From: Burkholderiales bacterium
GTDB taxonomy: Bacteria > Pseudomonadota > Gammaproteobacteria > Burkholderiales > JAHFRG01
Direction of reading: 5' to 3'
Assembly (NCBI GenBank): GCA_035624615.1
Contig: DASPRE010000090.1
Location: forward strand, 682 to 64,681
Length of the DNA: 64,000 bases
Below, in pieces: positions 24,508-34,524 of the stretch. Below the pieces are notes generated by a model. It was given only the letters and a program-made list of their open reading frames with translations, was not told where the DNA came from and made no database searches. Every line of letters starts with the position of its first letter. Within the stretch, counting starts at the first letter, position 1. The position numbers and the translations under genes were made by a program.

Positions 24508-25363
24508 AATGGGCAGGGTGCTGCTCGCAATGGATGTCTCGCCACGCAGCAGGACGGCACTGGAGACGGCCGCCGCTTTGGCTGCCCAATTGGGTGCCGA
24601 ATTAGCGGGACTGTTTGTCGAAGACGTCAATCTGCTGCGGATCGGTGGCCTGCCATTCACGCGCGAATTCGGGTTTTTCTCGGGCGGCGCGCGCAGCATC
24701 GACATCGTGGAAATGGAGGATGCCTTACGCCGGGAGGCAGAAGAGGCGGAGCGCCTACTTGCCGAGACGGCCAGCCGGCTGAAGTTGCGCTGGTCCTTTC
24801 ACATTGCACGCGGCCAAATTGCCGAGGAGCTGTTCGCCTTAGCCACCGAACTGGATCTCGTGGTGCTCGGCAGTCGAGCGCGAATGGGTATACGGTCGCT
24901 GGAATATTGGCCACTTGAGGCGTTGGCCGGTGAAATCCAGCGCTCTCCCGAAATTCGCTCAGTGGTAGCGATATACGATAGCTCGGCCAGCGCGCGACGC
25001 GCACTGGAATTGGCGCAGCAGCTGGCTTTGTCAAGCAGCCTCGAGCTAAGACTGCTGGTGCCCGCATCGACTAATGACCAGTTCTCCTCGCGTGCAAGCG
25101 AGGCGAGGGTTCTGTTGGCGGCCGCCGGAATCACCTCAGCTGTGTGCCGACGCATCCCTTTGGCCGGAATCAGAGAACTTGCTACGGAACTACGGCGCGA
25201 ACAACCCGGCGTGCTTCTCCTTGGCATCGATGGTCGTTTCCGAAGTGGTGAAGGTTTTGCGACCTTGCTCAACGAGCTCGACTGCCCGGTGGTTCTAGTT
25301 AGCGCTGAACAAAGAACCGCTCTAAAGGCCAAACGGACAAAGTCAAAAGGGAAGAGCAGCTAG
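24491..25363 (+). CDS. Universal stress protein (tandem USP-like)
   Basis: RVLLAMDVSPRSRTALETAA, GLFVED, DLVVLG. Start re-called at ATG 24491, overlapping the Lon stop. Confidence 0.75.
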   Translation: MQNNPKMGRVLLAMDVSPRSRTALETAAALAAQLGAELAGLFVEDVNLLRIGGLPFTREFGFFSGGARSIDIVEMEDALRREAEEAERLLAETASRLKLRWSFHIARGQIAEELFALATELDLVVLGSRARMGIRSLEYWPLEALAGEIQRSPEIRSVVAIYDSSASARRALELAQQLALSSSLELRLLVPASTNDQFSSRASEARVLLAAAGITSAVCRRIPLAGIRELATELRREQPGVLLLGIDGRFRSGEGFATLLNELDCPVVLVSAEQRTALKAKRTKSKGKSS

Positions 25364-25415
25364 GTTTTGGATGAAAAACATTCTCCAAGGTAATGTTTTT
25401 GTGCCATGAACATAG

Positions 25416-25443
25416 ATTTAACATAATATACATTATACGAAGT
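25416..25443 (-). other. dif: Chromosomal dif site (XerCD recombination site)
   Basis: The minus strand reads ACTTCGTATAA-TGTATA-TTATGTTAAAT. The XerD arm and central hexamer are identical to E. coli dif (GGTGCGCATAA TGTATA TTATGTTAAAT). Confidence 0.95.
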
Positions 25444-25513
25444 CGCGCATCTGCGACTTTATATCAACGAGAGCCTTTTTTAAAACCCGCCCAACCGCCT
25501 AGGCCTATTTCCG

Positions 25514-25780
25514 CTACCCGACACACACCTTATGAAAAAACAACCAATCTACGAGAACGACGCTAAAAACGATCAAAACGTTAGGCACCCCTAAGAGCAA
25601 CCATTTTGTCTCAATACCAAATAGACGCCGCCCGAACTCAAACATTCTGTTTTTCTCAAGCAGAAACTCTCGAAAAGTATCGCCCTGCTGCAAATCGCGC
25701 CGCATAAACAAAAATAACCCAGCCAGAAACAAAGCCCCCAAAACCAGAATAGAAAAAGCGACCCACGCAAGCTTATCCAT
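25514..25780 (-). CDS. Small hypothetical membrane protein (2 TM) next to dif
   Basis: MDKLAWVAFSILVLGALFLAGLFLFMRR...LLLGVPNVLIVFSVVLVDWLFF. Composition is atypical; an alternative TTG start lies at 25816. Confidence 0.5.
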   Translation of the reverse strand: MDKLAWVAFSILVLGALFLAGLFLFMRRDLQQGDTFREFLLEKNRMFEFGRRLFGIETKWLLLGVPNVLIVFSVVLVDWLFFHKVCVG

Positions 25781-25828
25781 CGCAACATACGCCCCACTTA
25801 GTGTAGCCACCTCCAATGCGTAGGCAGT

Positions 25829-25948
25829 CTACGTCCTACTCCACGCGACTTTTCTATTTTCCTCCCATAACTTTTGAGCATCCTGCACCCTTGAACGCTC
25901 TCGGTCCGCAACCCGCTCCCTAAACTCCAACCATTTATTCGTTCTCAT
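25829..25948 (-). CDS. 39-aa hypothetical peptide
   Basis: Hand translation MRTNKWLEFRERVADRERSRVQDAQKLWEENRKVAWSRT*; GGAG 5 nt upstream of the ATG. Confidence 0.35.
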   Translation of the reverse strand: MRTNKWLEFRERVADRERSRVQDAQKLWEENRKVAWSRT

Positions 25949-26064
25949 AAAAACTCCAGAACAAGTTTTCACAACCTACGGCATCAAGAACAAGTCAACC
26001 AACGAGGGGCAACCTCCGGTGCTATCAAGTGGAATCCCTACGACGTTCCTAGAATGCACTGCTT

Positions 26065-27171
26065 TTATGCTCGACTGTTCTGCACGTGCACACCGGTTTC
26101 TTTCTTTTGCGGTAACTGGCGGGCCTTCGCGAGCTCATGCATCCAATCCGTTATGGACGGCCACAAATTCTGATGCGCCGTTCTCCCAACTAGCATTCCT
26201 ACATGCTGGATCGCCACGCCCGTGTCGCCCCCATACCAAACTAGCTGATTTTTAGGACCGGACAGCGCCTGATAAAAAGGCAGGATCGCAGCAGGCGGTA
26301 CAACGAGGCAACGCCGGTCCGCCACAATTAGAACTGGCGCGGCTATGTCCTGTGGCGCCGCACGCAACCCGTTAAAAACAACTCTTCCCCGCATTAGGCT
26401 ATCCTCCTGGTACAAACGCTGCACGATATCGTCGACGAACTGGCGAGAAAGAGGCATTTCATCAAGCACCCAGCGTTCGACCCGCAGATGGGTGGACATC
26501 GCGGTCGAATCTGGCAGGCTTCGCAGCCAATCGGCCCACCGCTCGCTGCCGAAGGTTTCAGGCGACGCGGCAAAGCTCAGAAAGGCCAGCAATGACCCCG
26601 GGATATTCCCGGTACGATTTTTCAACCCCCCGCAACCCACAAACTCCGCAATAGCCGGACCCAGCGCGCCACAACTGCTTTCCAAGCTAAAATGAAGCGG
26701 CGAGGCAAGCAGCACAAGACCCCCTGGCCGTTGCGGATGCAATGCCGAATAAATTGCCGCCAGCGTACCGCCAAGCGAATGGCCCAATAGAAACGGGTGC
26801 TCCTGCTCAGTCTCGGCCTCGATCGCGTCGAGGCACTCGCCGATGATGCGCCCGGCATAATCTTCCAGCCCCAGGTTTTCGGGCGGCGCCAGCCACTGGA
26901 TAAGATAGACGCGATGGCCGCTTTCGATGCACCGCCGCACGACGCTGCAATTCGGAGCAAGATCCCAAATATAAGCGCGCTTAATCGGCGCCGGAATGAT
27001 CAGGATGACCGGCCCCACACGTGGATTGTCGCGATATTCCCTAAGGATAAAACCGGGCTCATTGAGCACCTCGCGCGTCGGTGTCTCCAAAGGACCGAAG
27101 CCGAGCGCATCGAGGATGTTACCCTGCCAGCGGTGCAGGTAATCCGTTTCCTCCCACATGGCCCACTTCAA
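26065..27171 (-). CDS. Class III PhaC-like alpha/beta hydrolase with Ser nucleophile
   Basis: LIIPAPIKRAYIWDL, RVYLIQW, lipase box LLGHSLGG, WVLDEMPL, C-terminal QHVGMLVG. Confidence 0.75.
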   Translation of the reverse strand: MKWAMWEETDYLHRWQGNILDALGFGPLETPTREVLNEPGFILREYRDNPRVGPVILIIPAPIKRAYIWDLAPNCSVVRRCIESGHRVYLIQWLAPPENLGLEDYAGRIIGECLDAIEAETEQEHPFLLGHSLGGTLAAIYSALHPQRPGGLVLLASPLHFSLESSCGALGPAIAEFVGCGGLKNRTGNIPGSLLAFLSFAASPETFGSERWADWLRSLPDSTAMSTHLRVERWVLDEMPLSRQFVDDIVQRLYQEDSLMRGRVVFNGLRAAPQDIAAPVLIVADRRCLVVPPAAILPFYQALSGPKNQLVWYGGDTGVAIQHVGMLVGRTAHQNLWPSITDWMHELAKARQLPQKKETGVHVQNSRA

Positions 27172-27355
27172 TTTATCACCCTAATTTCCTGATCCTGAAA
27201 CCTGAACCTTAGCGCTGGTAGGAGATGACGGCCGTCCTCTGCAATTAGTGCTGCTTTCTTCACTCCGGCAATTCGCTTTCGACTTCCCGCGGCCTTCTGT
27301 CTGCTCTTTGACTTGACTGAAAGAATTACTCAACGCGAATACGGATGGTTTTTAT

Positions 27356-28132
27356 TCAAATTATTTGCGTGCGAAGCTTAAACAGCTTGAAGAAATTTTG
27401 AGTGGTCGTCTGCCCTACTTCTTCCAATGGAATATTGCGCAGCCGCGCGATTTCCTCGGCCACGTGCCGCACGAAAGCCGGCTGGTTGGTTTTCCCGCGA
27501 TGTGGGACTGGCGCCAGATAGGGAGAATCGGTCTCGATCAGCATACGTTCAAGCGGCACTTTCACCGCGATTTCCCTAAGACTCGTGGCATTCTTAAAAG
27601 TCACGATTCCTGAAAACGAGATGTAAAAACCCAGAGCCATTGCGGCGTGAGCGGTTTCCCAGTTTCCTGTAAAGCAGTGCATGACGCCGCCGGTTTCACT
27701 TGCTCCTTCCTCAGCCAGGATCTTCAGGGTGTCGGCAGCGGCTTCCCGCATGTGGATGATGAGAGGCTTGCCACATTTCCTGGCGGCCTGTATATGGTTG
27801 CGGAAGCGCCTTTTCTGCCACGCCAAGTCCCCTTTCAGCCTATAGTAATCAAGCCCGGTTTCACCTATGGCGATGACTTTATCGTGCTTAGCACGCGTTA
27901 ACAATTCCTCAACCGCAACCTCCCCTTCCTCCTCATAATCCGGATGGACCCCAACCGAGGCGTAGATATTCGAGTGTTGTTCGGCTAATGCCCGGACTTG
28001 CGGAAACTCTGGGAAATTGACTCCTACGCATAATGCGTGACTCACCTCGTTCTCGCGCATTTTTGCCAAAACTTCGGTGACCTTGCCGGCGAATTCTGGA
28101 AAATTGATATGGCAGTGGGAATCGACAAACAT
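27356..28132 (-). CDS. tatD: TatD family deoxyribonuclease (YcfH-like)
   Basis: DSHCH, GVHP, IGETGLDY, IIHMR, VMHCF, IETDSPYL. Start re-called at ATG 28132. Confidence 0.95.
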   Translation of the reverse strand: MFVDSHCHINFPEFAGKVTEVLAKMRENEVSHALCVGVNFPEFPQVRALAEQHSNIYASVGVHPDYEEEGEVAVEELLTRAKHDKVIAIGETGLDYYRLKGDLAWQKRRFRNHIQAARKCGKPLIIHMREAAADTLKILAEEGASETGGVMHCFTGNWETAHAAMALGFYISFSGIVTFKNATSLREIAVKVPLERMLIETDSPYLAPVPHRGKTNQPAFVRHVAEEIARLRNIPLEEVGQTTTQNFFKLFKLRTQII

Positions 28133-28156
28133 GCTGAAGATCGGGCAAGACACGCA

Positions 28157-28528
28157 CTACATGGTATGTGTAGGCCGGCTAGAATGAAGATACCCGCCCA
28201 GCAGACTTTCTATTTTGCTTCGCGCCGCGGCGCCGCTTTCGTCGTTGTTGAATTGCACGCCTATGCCTTGCACTTTGTTGCCTTGTGCTCCCGCTGGCGT
28301 GATCCACGCTACGCGACCGGCCACTGGCAGCTTGTTGGGATCGCCCAATAGGTTCAAAAGCATGAATACCTCATCGCCAATGTGGTAGTTTTTATTGGTG
28401 GGGATAAAGATTCCTCCGCCTTTTAACGCAGGGATATACGCCGCATATAAAGCCGACTTCTCCCTGATATTCAAGGAAAGAACATCGGGTCGCGATTCTG
28501 CCGCCCGTATTTTTTGCGTATCACTCAT
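28157..28528 (-). CDS. pilZ: Type IV pilus PilZ protein
   Basis: LSLNIREKSALYAAY, GGIFIPT, WITPAGAQ, GIGVQF, SSRPTHTM; conserved position after holB. Confidence 0.95.
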   Translation of the reverse strand: MSDTQKIRAAESRPDVLSLNIREKSALYAAYIPALKGGGIFIPTNKNYHIGDEVFMLLNLLGDPNKLPVAGRVAWITPAGAQGNKVQGIGVQFNNDESGAAARSKIESLLGGYLHSSRPTHTM

Positions 28529-29561
28529 AGGTTAACTCCCCGGCATTAAGCACCCGTCTGCAATACGACACCGCCAATTGCTCAAGTACCAGCTGTGAAT
28601 TTAGTGGGTGCTGCAGCGCCCGCTGTGCCGCCAGGAGTTCACGATAATAATGCATCAAATGCAATGCATTTACCATGACGCACAGCCTTTGCAGGGCTTC
28701 CGCAAAATCCAAATGGTAACGGACTTTGCCGGTAAATTTGCAGTACGCTAGGTCGCAAATCCACTTTTGCAGCCAACTGACAATATCCGAAAGGGGATAT
28801 TGGCGGGCATTTTCCGCTAGCGACAGCGGATCGAGCTTGGGCGCGCTGATCAGTTGCAGAAATTCTTTGCGTTGTTTCTGGTTTTCTCGTTTGGCAACCT
28901 CCACAGCGGCAAGCGGGGCATAACCGGCTTGTGCCAAGGCGATATCTTGTTCGGCGATGCTTTGTTTTGCCAGCCAGCCGAGAGCCGCCTCCCGGCTCGG
29001 GACCGGCATTGCAACACTGCGGCAGCGGCTGACGATGGTCGGCAAAAGCCGCTGCGGCCTATGGGACACAAGAATAAACAAGCTATTGTCAGGAGGCTCT
29101 TCGAGGGTTTTCAGAACTGCATTTGCCGCATGTAAATTCATTGCCTCTGCCGGATGAATTACAATCACCTTGTAACCGCTTCGATGGCTAGTAAGATTGA
29201 TAAAGTCATCCAATTCGCGGATCTGTTCGATGCCAATTTGGTTGCCTTCTTTTTTTTCCGCGTTTCCGATCCTTTCGTCGGGATCCCGCGCTTGTTCCGG
29301 CGCATCATACGCCGCCGGCTGCAGCAAGCGAAAGTCGGGATGGTTGCCATTCAAGTACCACAAACAGCCTTGGCACTTGCCACACGCAGCTAGAGAAGAC
29401 AAACGGTCTTCACATAATAAGTACTGTGACAAAGCGCGCGCAAAATCAAGCTTGCCGGTCCCTTTCTGGCCTTTCAAGAGCAACGCATTAGGCTGGCCTT
29501 TACCTGTTGAGACAAGTCGTCTCCAGACAATTTCCTGCCAAGGATATATATTCATAAACAA
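28521..29561 (-). CDS. holB: DNA polymerase III subunit delta'
   Basis: YPWQ, Zn-finger [31 protein letters not shown]. Confidence 0.95.
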   Translation of the reverse strand: MFMNIYPWQEIVWRRLVSTGKGQPNALLLKGQKGTGKLDFARALSQYLLCEDRLSSLAACGKCQGCLWYLNGNHPDFRLLQPAAYDAPEQARDPDERIGNAEKKEGNQIGIEQIRELDDFINLTSHRSGYKVIVIHPAEAMNLHAANAVLKTLEEPPDNSLFILVSHRPQRLLPTIVSRCRSVAMPVPSREAALGWLAKQSIAEQDIALAQAGYAPLAAVEVAKRENQKQRKEFLQLISAPKLDPLSLAENARQYPLSDIVSWLQKWICDLAYCKFTGKVRYHLDFAEALQRLCVMVNALHLMHYYRELLAAQRALQHPLNSQLVLEQLAVSYCRRVLNAGELTYE

Positions 29562-30184
29562 AATCCTGCGATTATCTGTTGAAGCTGTTTCTGAATATGC
29601 TCCTGGCTTTGCGCGGCGTCGATAACGCGAAATCGTTTTGGATAACGCGCGGCGCGCATCAGGTAGGCAGACCGCACGTTCTCAAAAAATATATCCTTTT
29701 CCCGCTCAAAACGGTCAAATCTGGCGTTCCCTGAAAGTCGTTGTTTGCATATTGCAACGGGCACGTCAAAAAGCAAAGTAAGATCGGGCTGCACACCTTG
29801 CTGTGCCCACTGTTCCAAAACTTCCAGTTTGTCGAGTGACACACCCCTGCCACCGCCCTGATAGGCAAAGCTCGCATCACTGAAACGGTCTGAAACTACC
29901 CACGCTCCGCGTATCAAAGCGGGAAGGATCACTTTATCGAGATGTTCGCGGCGCGCCGCAAACATAAGCAAGGCTTCCGTCTCAGGGTGCATGGCCTGCT
30001 TGAGCAGAACTTCTCTCAGCATTTCACCCAATGGTGTGCCGCCCGGCTCGCGCGTAACCACTACTTCTGGGTGGTGTGCACGCAGTGCCGTGGCAATCCA
30101 GGACGAGTGGGTGCTTTTGCCCGCGCCGTCCAAGCCTTCAAGTGTGATAAATTTACCCCTGATTTTTTGCTGTGGTAAGTTCAA
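29552..30184 (-). CDS. tmk: Thymidylate kinase
   Basis: [32 protein letters not shown]. Confidence 0.97.
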   Translation of the reverse strand: MNLPQQKIRGKFITLEGLDGAGKSTHSSWIATALRAHHPEVVVTREPGGTPLGEMLREVLLKQAMHPETEALLMFAARREHLDKVILPALIRGAWVVSDRFSDASFAYQGGGRGVSLDKLEVLEQWAQQGVQPDLTLLFDVPVAICKQRLSGNARFDRFEREKDIFFENVRSAYLMRAARYPKRFRVIDAAQSQEHIQKQLQQIIAGFCL

Positions 30185-30187
30185 GCG

Positions 30188-31219
30188 TCAATTGCCATTA
30201 TGTCGATTGTGGCGGCCGCCTTTCTGATATTTTGTCACCGCGCGGTTGTGTTCCTCCAGCGACTTTGAAAATACGGTCGTACCGTCGCCCCTGGAAACAA
30301 AATACAAGGCCTTGGTTTCAGCGGGATGGAGAGTAGCTTGGATCGAAGCCATTCCGGGCAGAGCAATCGGCGTTGGCGGCAAACCTTCGCGAGTATAAGT
30401 GTTATATGTGTTATCGCCGGTCAAATCGCGTTTGCGCAAATTGCCGTCAAATTTCTCACCCATGCCATAAATCACTGTGGGGTCCGCCTGCAGCTTCATG
30501 CCTAGCTTCATGCGGTTTATCAACACCGCAGCAATCATGTTACGCTCGGTCGATTTGCCGGTTTCCTTCTCAACAATAGAAGCTATGATCAATGCTTGGT
30601 AAGGATCCGAAAATGGCAAATCCTTCGCGCGTGCTTCCCACGCCGCCGCGAGATTGGATTTCATGGTCTGGTAGGCACGCTTGAGTATCACGAAATCACT
30701 TACTCCGTCGTTAAAGAAATAGGTGTCCGGAAAAAACAGCCCTTCTGCCGAATTTTCAGTGGCGCCAATATCTTCCAAAATATCTTCCTCGCTCAAATTC
30801 GCACTGTCGTGCCTGATTCCCGGATTACCATTCAGTTCAGCGCGCAACTGATTGAACGTCCAGCCTTCGGTGAACGCTATTTCCCTCAGTGTTACGTCAC
30901 CCTTGGTAAGCCTGGTGAGCAATTGGTAAGCGCTCAAATTGTCTGTTAATTCGTAATTGCCCGCCTTTATTTCCCCTGACTTGCCCAACGCCCTTCCCAG
31001 GATAATAAAACTCCATGGGTGGTCTAGTACGCCGGTTTCGGTTAATTGCTTTGCGACGCTGCGCAAGCTGGAACCTTGCTTCAAGCTAAATTGCAACGGC
31101 GTGTGAGGTAATTGAAGTGGTGCATTGGCATAATAAATGAGCCACCCTGCTGCTGTGGCAAAAATCGCTAACCCAAGAAACAACAGAACCTTGATTGCGC
31201 GTTTAATCACAGGGTTCAT
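30188..31219 (-). CDS. mltG: Endolytic transglycosylase MltG
   Basis: EGLFFPDTY, ASIVEKETG, LQADPTVIYG, YNTY, GLPPTPIA. Confidence 0.96.
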   Translation of the reverse strand: MNPVIKRAIKVLLFLGLAIFATAAGWLIYYANAPLQLPHTPLQFSLKQGSSLRSVAKQLTETGVLDHPWSFIILGRALGKSGEIKAGNYELTDNLSAYQLLTRLTKGDVTLREIAFTEGWTFNQLRAELNGNPGIRHDSANLSEEDILEDIGATENSAEGLFFPDTYFFNDGVSDFVILKRAYQTMKSNLAAAWEARAKDLPFSDPYQALIIASIVEKETGKSTERNMIAAVLINRMKLGMKLQADPTVIYGMGEKFDGNLRKRDLTGDNTYNTYTREGLPPTPIALPGMASIQATLHPAETKALYFVSRGDGTTVFSKSLEEHNRAVTKYQKGGRHNRHNGN

Positions 31220-32015
31220 TCAGCCACTGTCGGACCGTCGGCGTGAATACGCCTTTTTCCCAAGAGTTTCGCTCAATTTCTCTAACCTGCCACACTCCGA
31301 TTACGCTGTTGGTAACAAATATTTCGTCTGCCTGCAATAACTGCGTCAATGAAATATGCCGCTCAGCGCAGGGAATGCCCGCAGCGGCTGCACGTTCCAG
31401 AACACGCTTGCGCTGTACTCCTGCGACACCGCAGCGTGTTAGATTCGGGGTCCAAAGCTCATTACCTTTGCGCATAAATAGGTTAGTCATGGTACCGCCG
31501 ATTACAAATTCTTCAATGTCGAGAAGCAACCCTTCGGCAATTGACGCATCATTCCACTCCCGTCTGGCGATTACGTTTTCGAGTCGATTAAGATGCTTAA
31601 TTCCGGCAAAACGCGGCTGCAAACTCAATTTTAAATCACATATGCGCAAACGCACTCCTTGTTCGTCGTAGCTTGAGGGATAGTCCGGAACCGCGCTCGC
31701 TATTACGATGCGCGTAGGTTGCATTTCGCCGGTCAGGCGATAGCCGCGCACACCCGGACCTCGAGTGACAATGATTTTCACCACACATTGGGGAGTTGCG
31801 GCCGAGACTTGGTTGAGCTCTTTACTTAGCACCGCATGGCTCGGACAGGACAGTCCGAGCGCCCGGCAATCGTCCTGAAGCTTTTGGTAATGACGTCGCC
31901 AGCAAAATGCTTTCCCCCCGCTTATACGCAAAGTGCGGAACACACCATCACCGTAGGCAAGTCCCCGGTCATGCACGTCAATCAAATCAGTTTGAAGACC
32001 GTTTACTAGCACCAT
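31203..32015 (-). CDS. pabC: Aminodeoxychorismate lyase
   Basis: DRGLAYGDGVFRT, VKIIVTRG, GIKHLNRLE, GVAGV, NSVIG. Confidence 0.93.
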   Translation of the reverse strand: MVLVNGLQTDLIDVHDRGLAYGDGVFRTLRISGGKAFCWRRHYQKLQDDCRALGLSCPSHAVLSKELNQVSAATPQCVVKIIVTRGPGVRGYRLTGEMQPTRIVIASAVPDYPSSYDEQGVRLRICDLKLSLQPRFAGIKHLNRLENVIARREWNDASIAEGLLLDIEEFVIGGTMTNLFMRKGNELWTPNLTRCGVAGVQRKRVLERAAAAGIPCAERHISLTQLLQADEIFVTNSVIGVWQVREIERNSWEKGVFTPTVRQWLNEPCD

Positions 32016-32096
32016 AGGATCGGCATTAAGCCAATGGCTCAGGAAACAATAAGGGAACGCTTGCAGTTTAACCGAAAGCCGCGAAATAAGGCGCCA

Positions 32097-33335
32097 CTAG
32101 ACTTTAACGAATATTAAAGTCCCGTTGGTACCACCGAAGCCGAAGGAATTTGACAACGCAACTTCGATTTTCATGTTACGTGCTGTATTGGGAACATAGT
32201 CCAGGTCACACTGCGGGTCCTGCTCAAATAAATTAATCGTGGGAGGGGCAATCTGGTGGCAAAGGCTTAACACCGTATAGACCGCCTCCACTCCTCCGGC
32301 GGCACCTAGGAGGTGACCGGTCATGGACTTCGTGGAACTGATAGCCAGTTTGCTCGAATGAGCGCCAAAACATTTCTTGACCGCTACGGTTTCGGCGATA
32401 TCGCCCAGCGGAGTGGAAGTGCCATGAGCGTTAATGTAGTCGACTTTATCAGCATTAATGTTTGCGTTCCGCAAAGCGTTGACCATGCATCGCGCCGCGC
32501 CGTCACCATCTTCACACGGCGCAGTTATGTGGTGAGCATCTGCACTCATACCAAAACCCGAGAGTTCGGCATAAATGCGAGCGCCACGCTTTTTGGCAAG
32601 CTCCATTTCTTCCAGCACGACTACTCCCGCGCCCTCTCCCAATACGAAACCATCCCGCCCAACATCCCATGGCCTGCTTGCGGTAACCGGGTCGTCATTG
32701 CGCGAGCTAAGGGCCTTAGCCGCCGAAAAACCGCCGATCGTTAATTCGGTCACGGTTGATTCGGCACCACCTGCAATCATGATGTCGGCATCGCCGTATT
32801 CAATCAGGCGCGCTGAGTCACCTATACAATGCGTGGCGGTAGTACATGCGGTGACTATGGCTAGATTGGGCCCCTTTAGTCCAAACAGTATGGAGAGGTT
32901 CCCCGATATCATGTTTATAATGGTGCCCGGAATGAAAAACGGTGAGATCTTGCGAGGCCCACCTTTCAACATTGCGCTGTGGCTATCCTCGATCAGCGGC
33001 AGTCCGCCGATGCCGGAGCCGATATTGACACCGATGCGCTCCGCATTATCTGGGGCAATCTCGATGCCGGAGTCTTTGATTGCCTCGATACCCGCAGCAA
33101 GTCCCAGATGAATGAATCTGTCCATCCGCCGGATTTCCTTGGCGGTGATATATTGGCCCGGGTCAAAACCCTTTACTTCTCCTGCAATCTGACAGTTGAG
33201 TGCTGACGGATCAAAGCGAGTAATCCGGGCGATCCCAGACTTCCCTGCAACGATGCTTTTCCAGTTATCTGCAACACCGATTCCGACCGGCGAAACAATG
33301 CCGAGGCCAGTAATGGCAACTCTTCGTCTGGACAA
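32097..33335 (-). CDS. fabF: 3-oxoacyl-ACP synthase II
   Basis: TACTT, SRPWD, NAHGTST, KSMTGH, NSFGFGG. Confidence 0.97.
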   Translation of the reverse strand: MSRRRVAITGLGIVSPVGIGVADNWKSIVAGKSGIARITRFDPSALNCQIAGEVKGFDPGQYITAKEIRRMDRFIHLGLAAGIEAIKDSGIEIAPDNAERIGVNIGSGIGGLPLIEDSHSAMLKGGPRKISPFFIPGTIINMISGNLSILFGLKGPNLAIVTACTTATHCIGDSARLIEYGDADIMIAGGAESTVTELTIGGFSAAKALSSRNDDPVTASRPWDVGRDGFVLGEGAGVVVLEEMELAKKRGARIYAELSGFGMSADAHHITAPCEDGDGAARCMVNALRNANINADKVDYINAHGTSTPLGDIAETVAVKKCFGAHSSKLAISSTKSMTGHLLGAAGGVEAVYTVLSLCHQIAPPTINLFEQDPQCDLDYVPNTARNMKIEVALSNSFGFGGTNGTLIFVKV

Positions 33336-33372
33336 ATTTGCTCCAGGTGCGAACGATTAAAGACAGGGAAGA

Positions 33373-33609
33373 TCAGTTAAGGTGGGTCTTGATGTATTCT
33401 ATGGCTTGCTGCACTGTGGTGATTTTCTCCGCCTCTTCGTCGGGGATTTCGCATTCAAATTCCTCCTCCAGCGCCATAACCAGCTCCACCGTATCCAGCG
33501 AATCTGCACCAAGATCGTCTACGAATGATGATTCGCTTTTGACTTCAGCTTCGTTAACACCCAGTTGTTCGGCAACAATTTTTTTGACGCGCTGCTCTAT
33601 ATTTTCCAT
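33373..33609 (-). CDS. acpP: Acyl carrier protein
   Basis: [20 protein letters not shown]. Confidence 0.98.
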   Translation of the reverse strand: MENIEQRVKKIVAEQLGVNEAEVKSESSFVDDLGADSLDTVELVMALEEEFECEIPDEEAEKITTVQQAIEYIKTHLN

Positions 33610-33744
33610 CTAAATCCCCTTCAGTTTCTGTGGTGATCAGAACTTCAAATCTAACTACAGCTGAAAACTGGTATCGCATCCTTTTCAAGCTGTCGCATTC
33701 TACCAAATTTGTGCTAATTATAAAATTACAATTAAAGCCATCAG

Positions 33745-34488
33745 CTAATCCATGTACATGCCGCCGTTAACGTGAATGGTACAGCCGGTAATGTATCCCG
33801 CTTCGGGAGACGCCAGAAAAACGACCGCCGCAGCAACATCCTCGACCTTTCCCAACCTTCCCAAGGGCACATACTGGGTAAGCGCCTGCCGCTGCGCGTC
33901 GCTCAGAGAACGCGTCATATCAGTGTCAATAAATCCCGGTGCAACGCAGTTAACGGTGATATTGCGGCTTGCTACTTCGCGTGCCAGCGCCTTGCTAAAA
34001 CCCGAAACTCCGGCCTTGGCGGCAGCGTAATTGGTCTGCCCGGCATTGCCCATTACCCCCGAAACCGACGTGATATTGATTATCCGGCCATGGCGAGCTT
34101 TTACCATCCCATGCAATACCGCCCGGCTCAATCTAAATACCGATTTCAAATCGGTGGACATAATTTCGTCCCACTCTTCGTCTTTCATGCGCAGCAAAAG
34201 ATTATCCCGGGTAATCCCGGCATTGTTCACGAGGATTGAAACTGCACCAAAGTCCCCCTGGATTTCGGCCACCAGCTGCTGGATTTTATCGCCTTCATTC
34301 ACATCCAAAATGACTCCCCTACCCTGCACACGGTTTGCGGCAAAATTGGCCTTAATTGCTTCAACCCCGCGTCCGTTGGTGGCCGTGCCGATTACGGTCG
34401 CCCCCTGCTTGCCGAGTTCGATGGCGATTCCCTGACCGATCCCGCGGCTTGCCCCGGTCACCAATGCGATCTGCTTACCTAGCATCAT
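33745..34488 (-). CDS. fabG: 3-oxoacyl-ACP reductase
   Basis: TGASRGIG, NNAGITRD, NYAAAK, PGFIDTDM. Confidence 0.97.
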   Translation of the reverse strand: MMLGKQIALVTGASRGIGQGIAIELGKQGATVIGTATNGRGVEAIKANFAANRVQGRGVILDVNEGDKIQQLVAEIQGDFGAVSILVNNAGITRDNLLLRMKDEEWDEIMSTDLKSVFRLSRAVLHGMVKARHGRIINITSVSGVMGNAGQTNYAAAKAGVSGFSKALAREVASRNITVNCVAPGFIDTDMTRSLSDAQRQALTQYVPLGRLGKVEDVAAAVVFLASPEAGYITGCTIHVNGGMYMD

Positions 34489-34524
34489 ACGAAGATTAAC
34501 ACTTAAATCCTCAATAACAGCTCA

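Noticed and set aside
25416-25443. loxP-like sequence (TATACGAAGT / ATAATGTAT) suggesting a Cre site or vector contamination
   Set aside because: Only one loxP-like arm is present. The other arm is the exact XerD arm TTATGTTAAAT, so this is dif.
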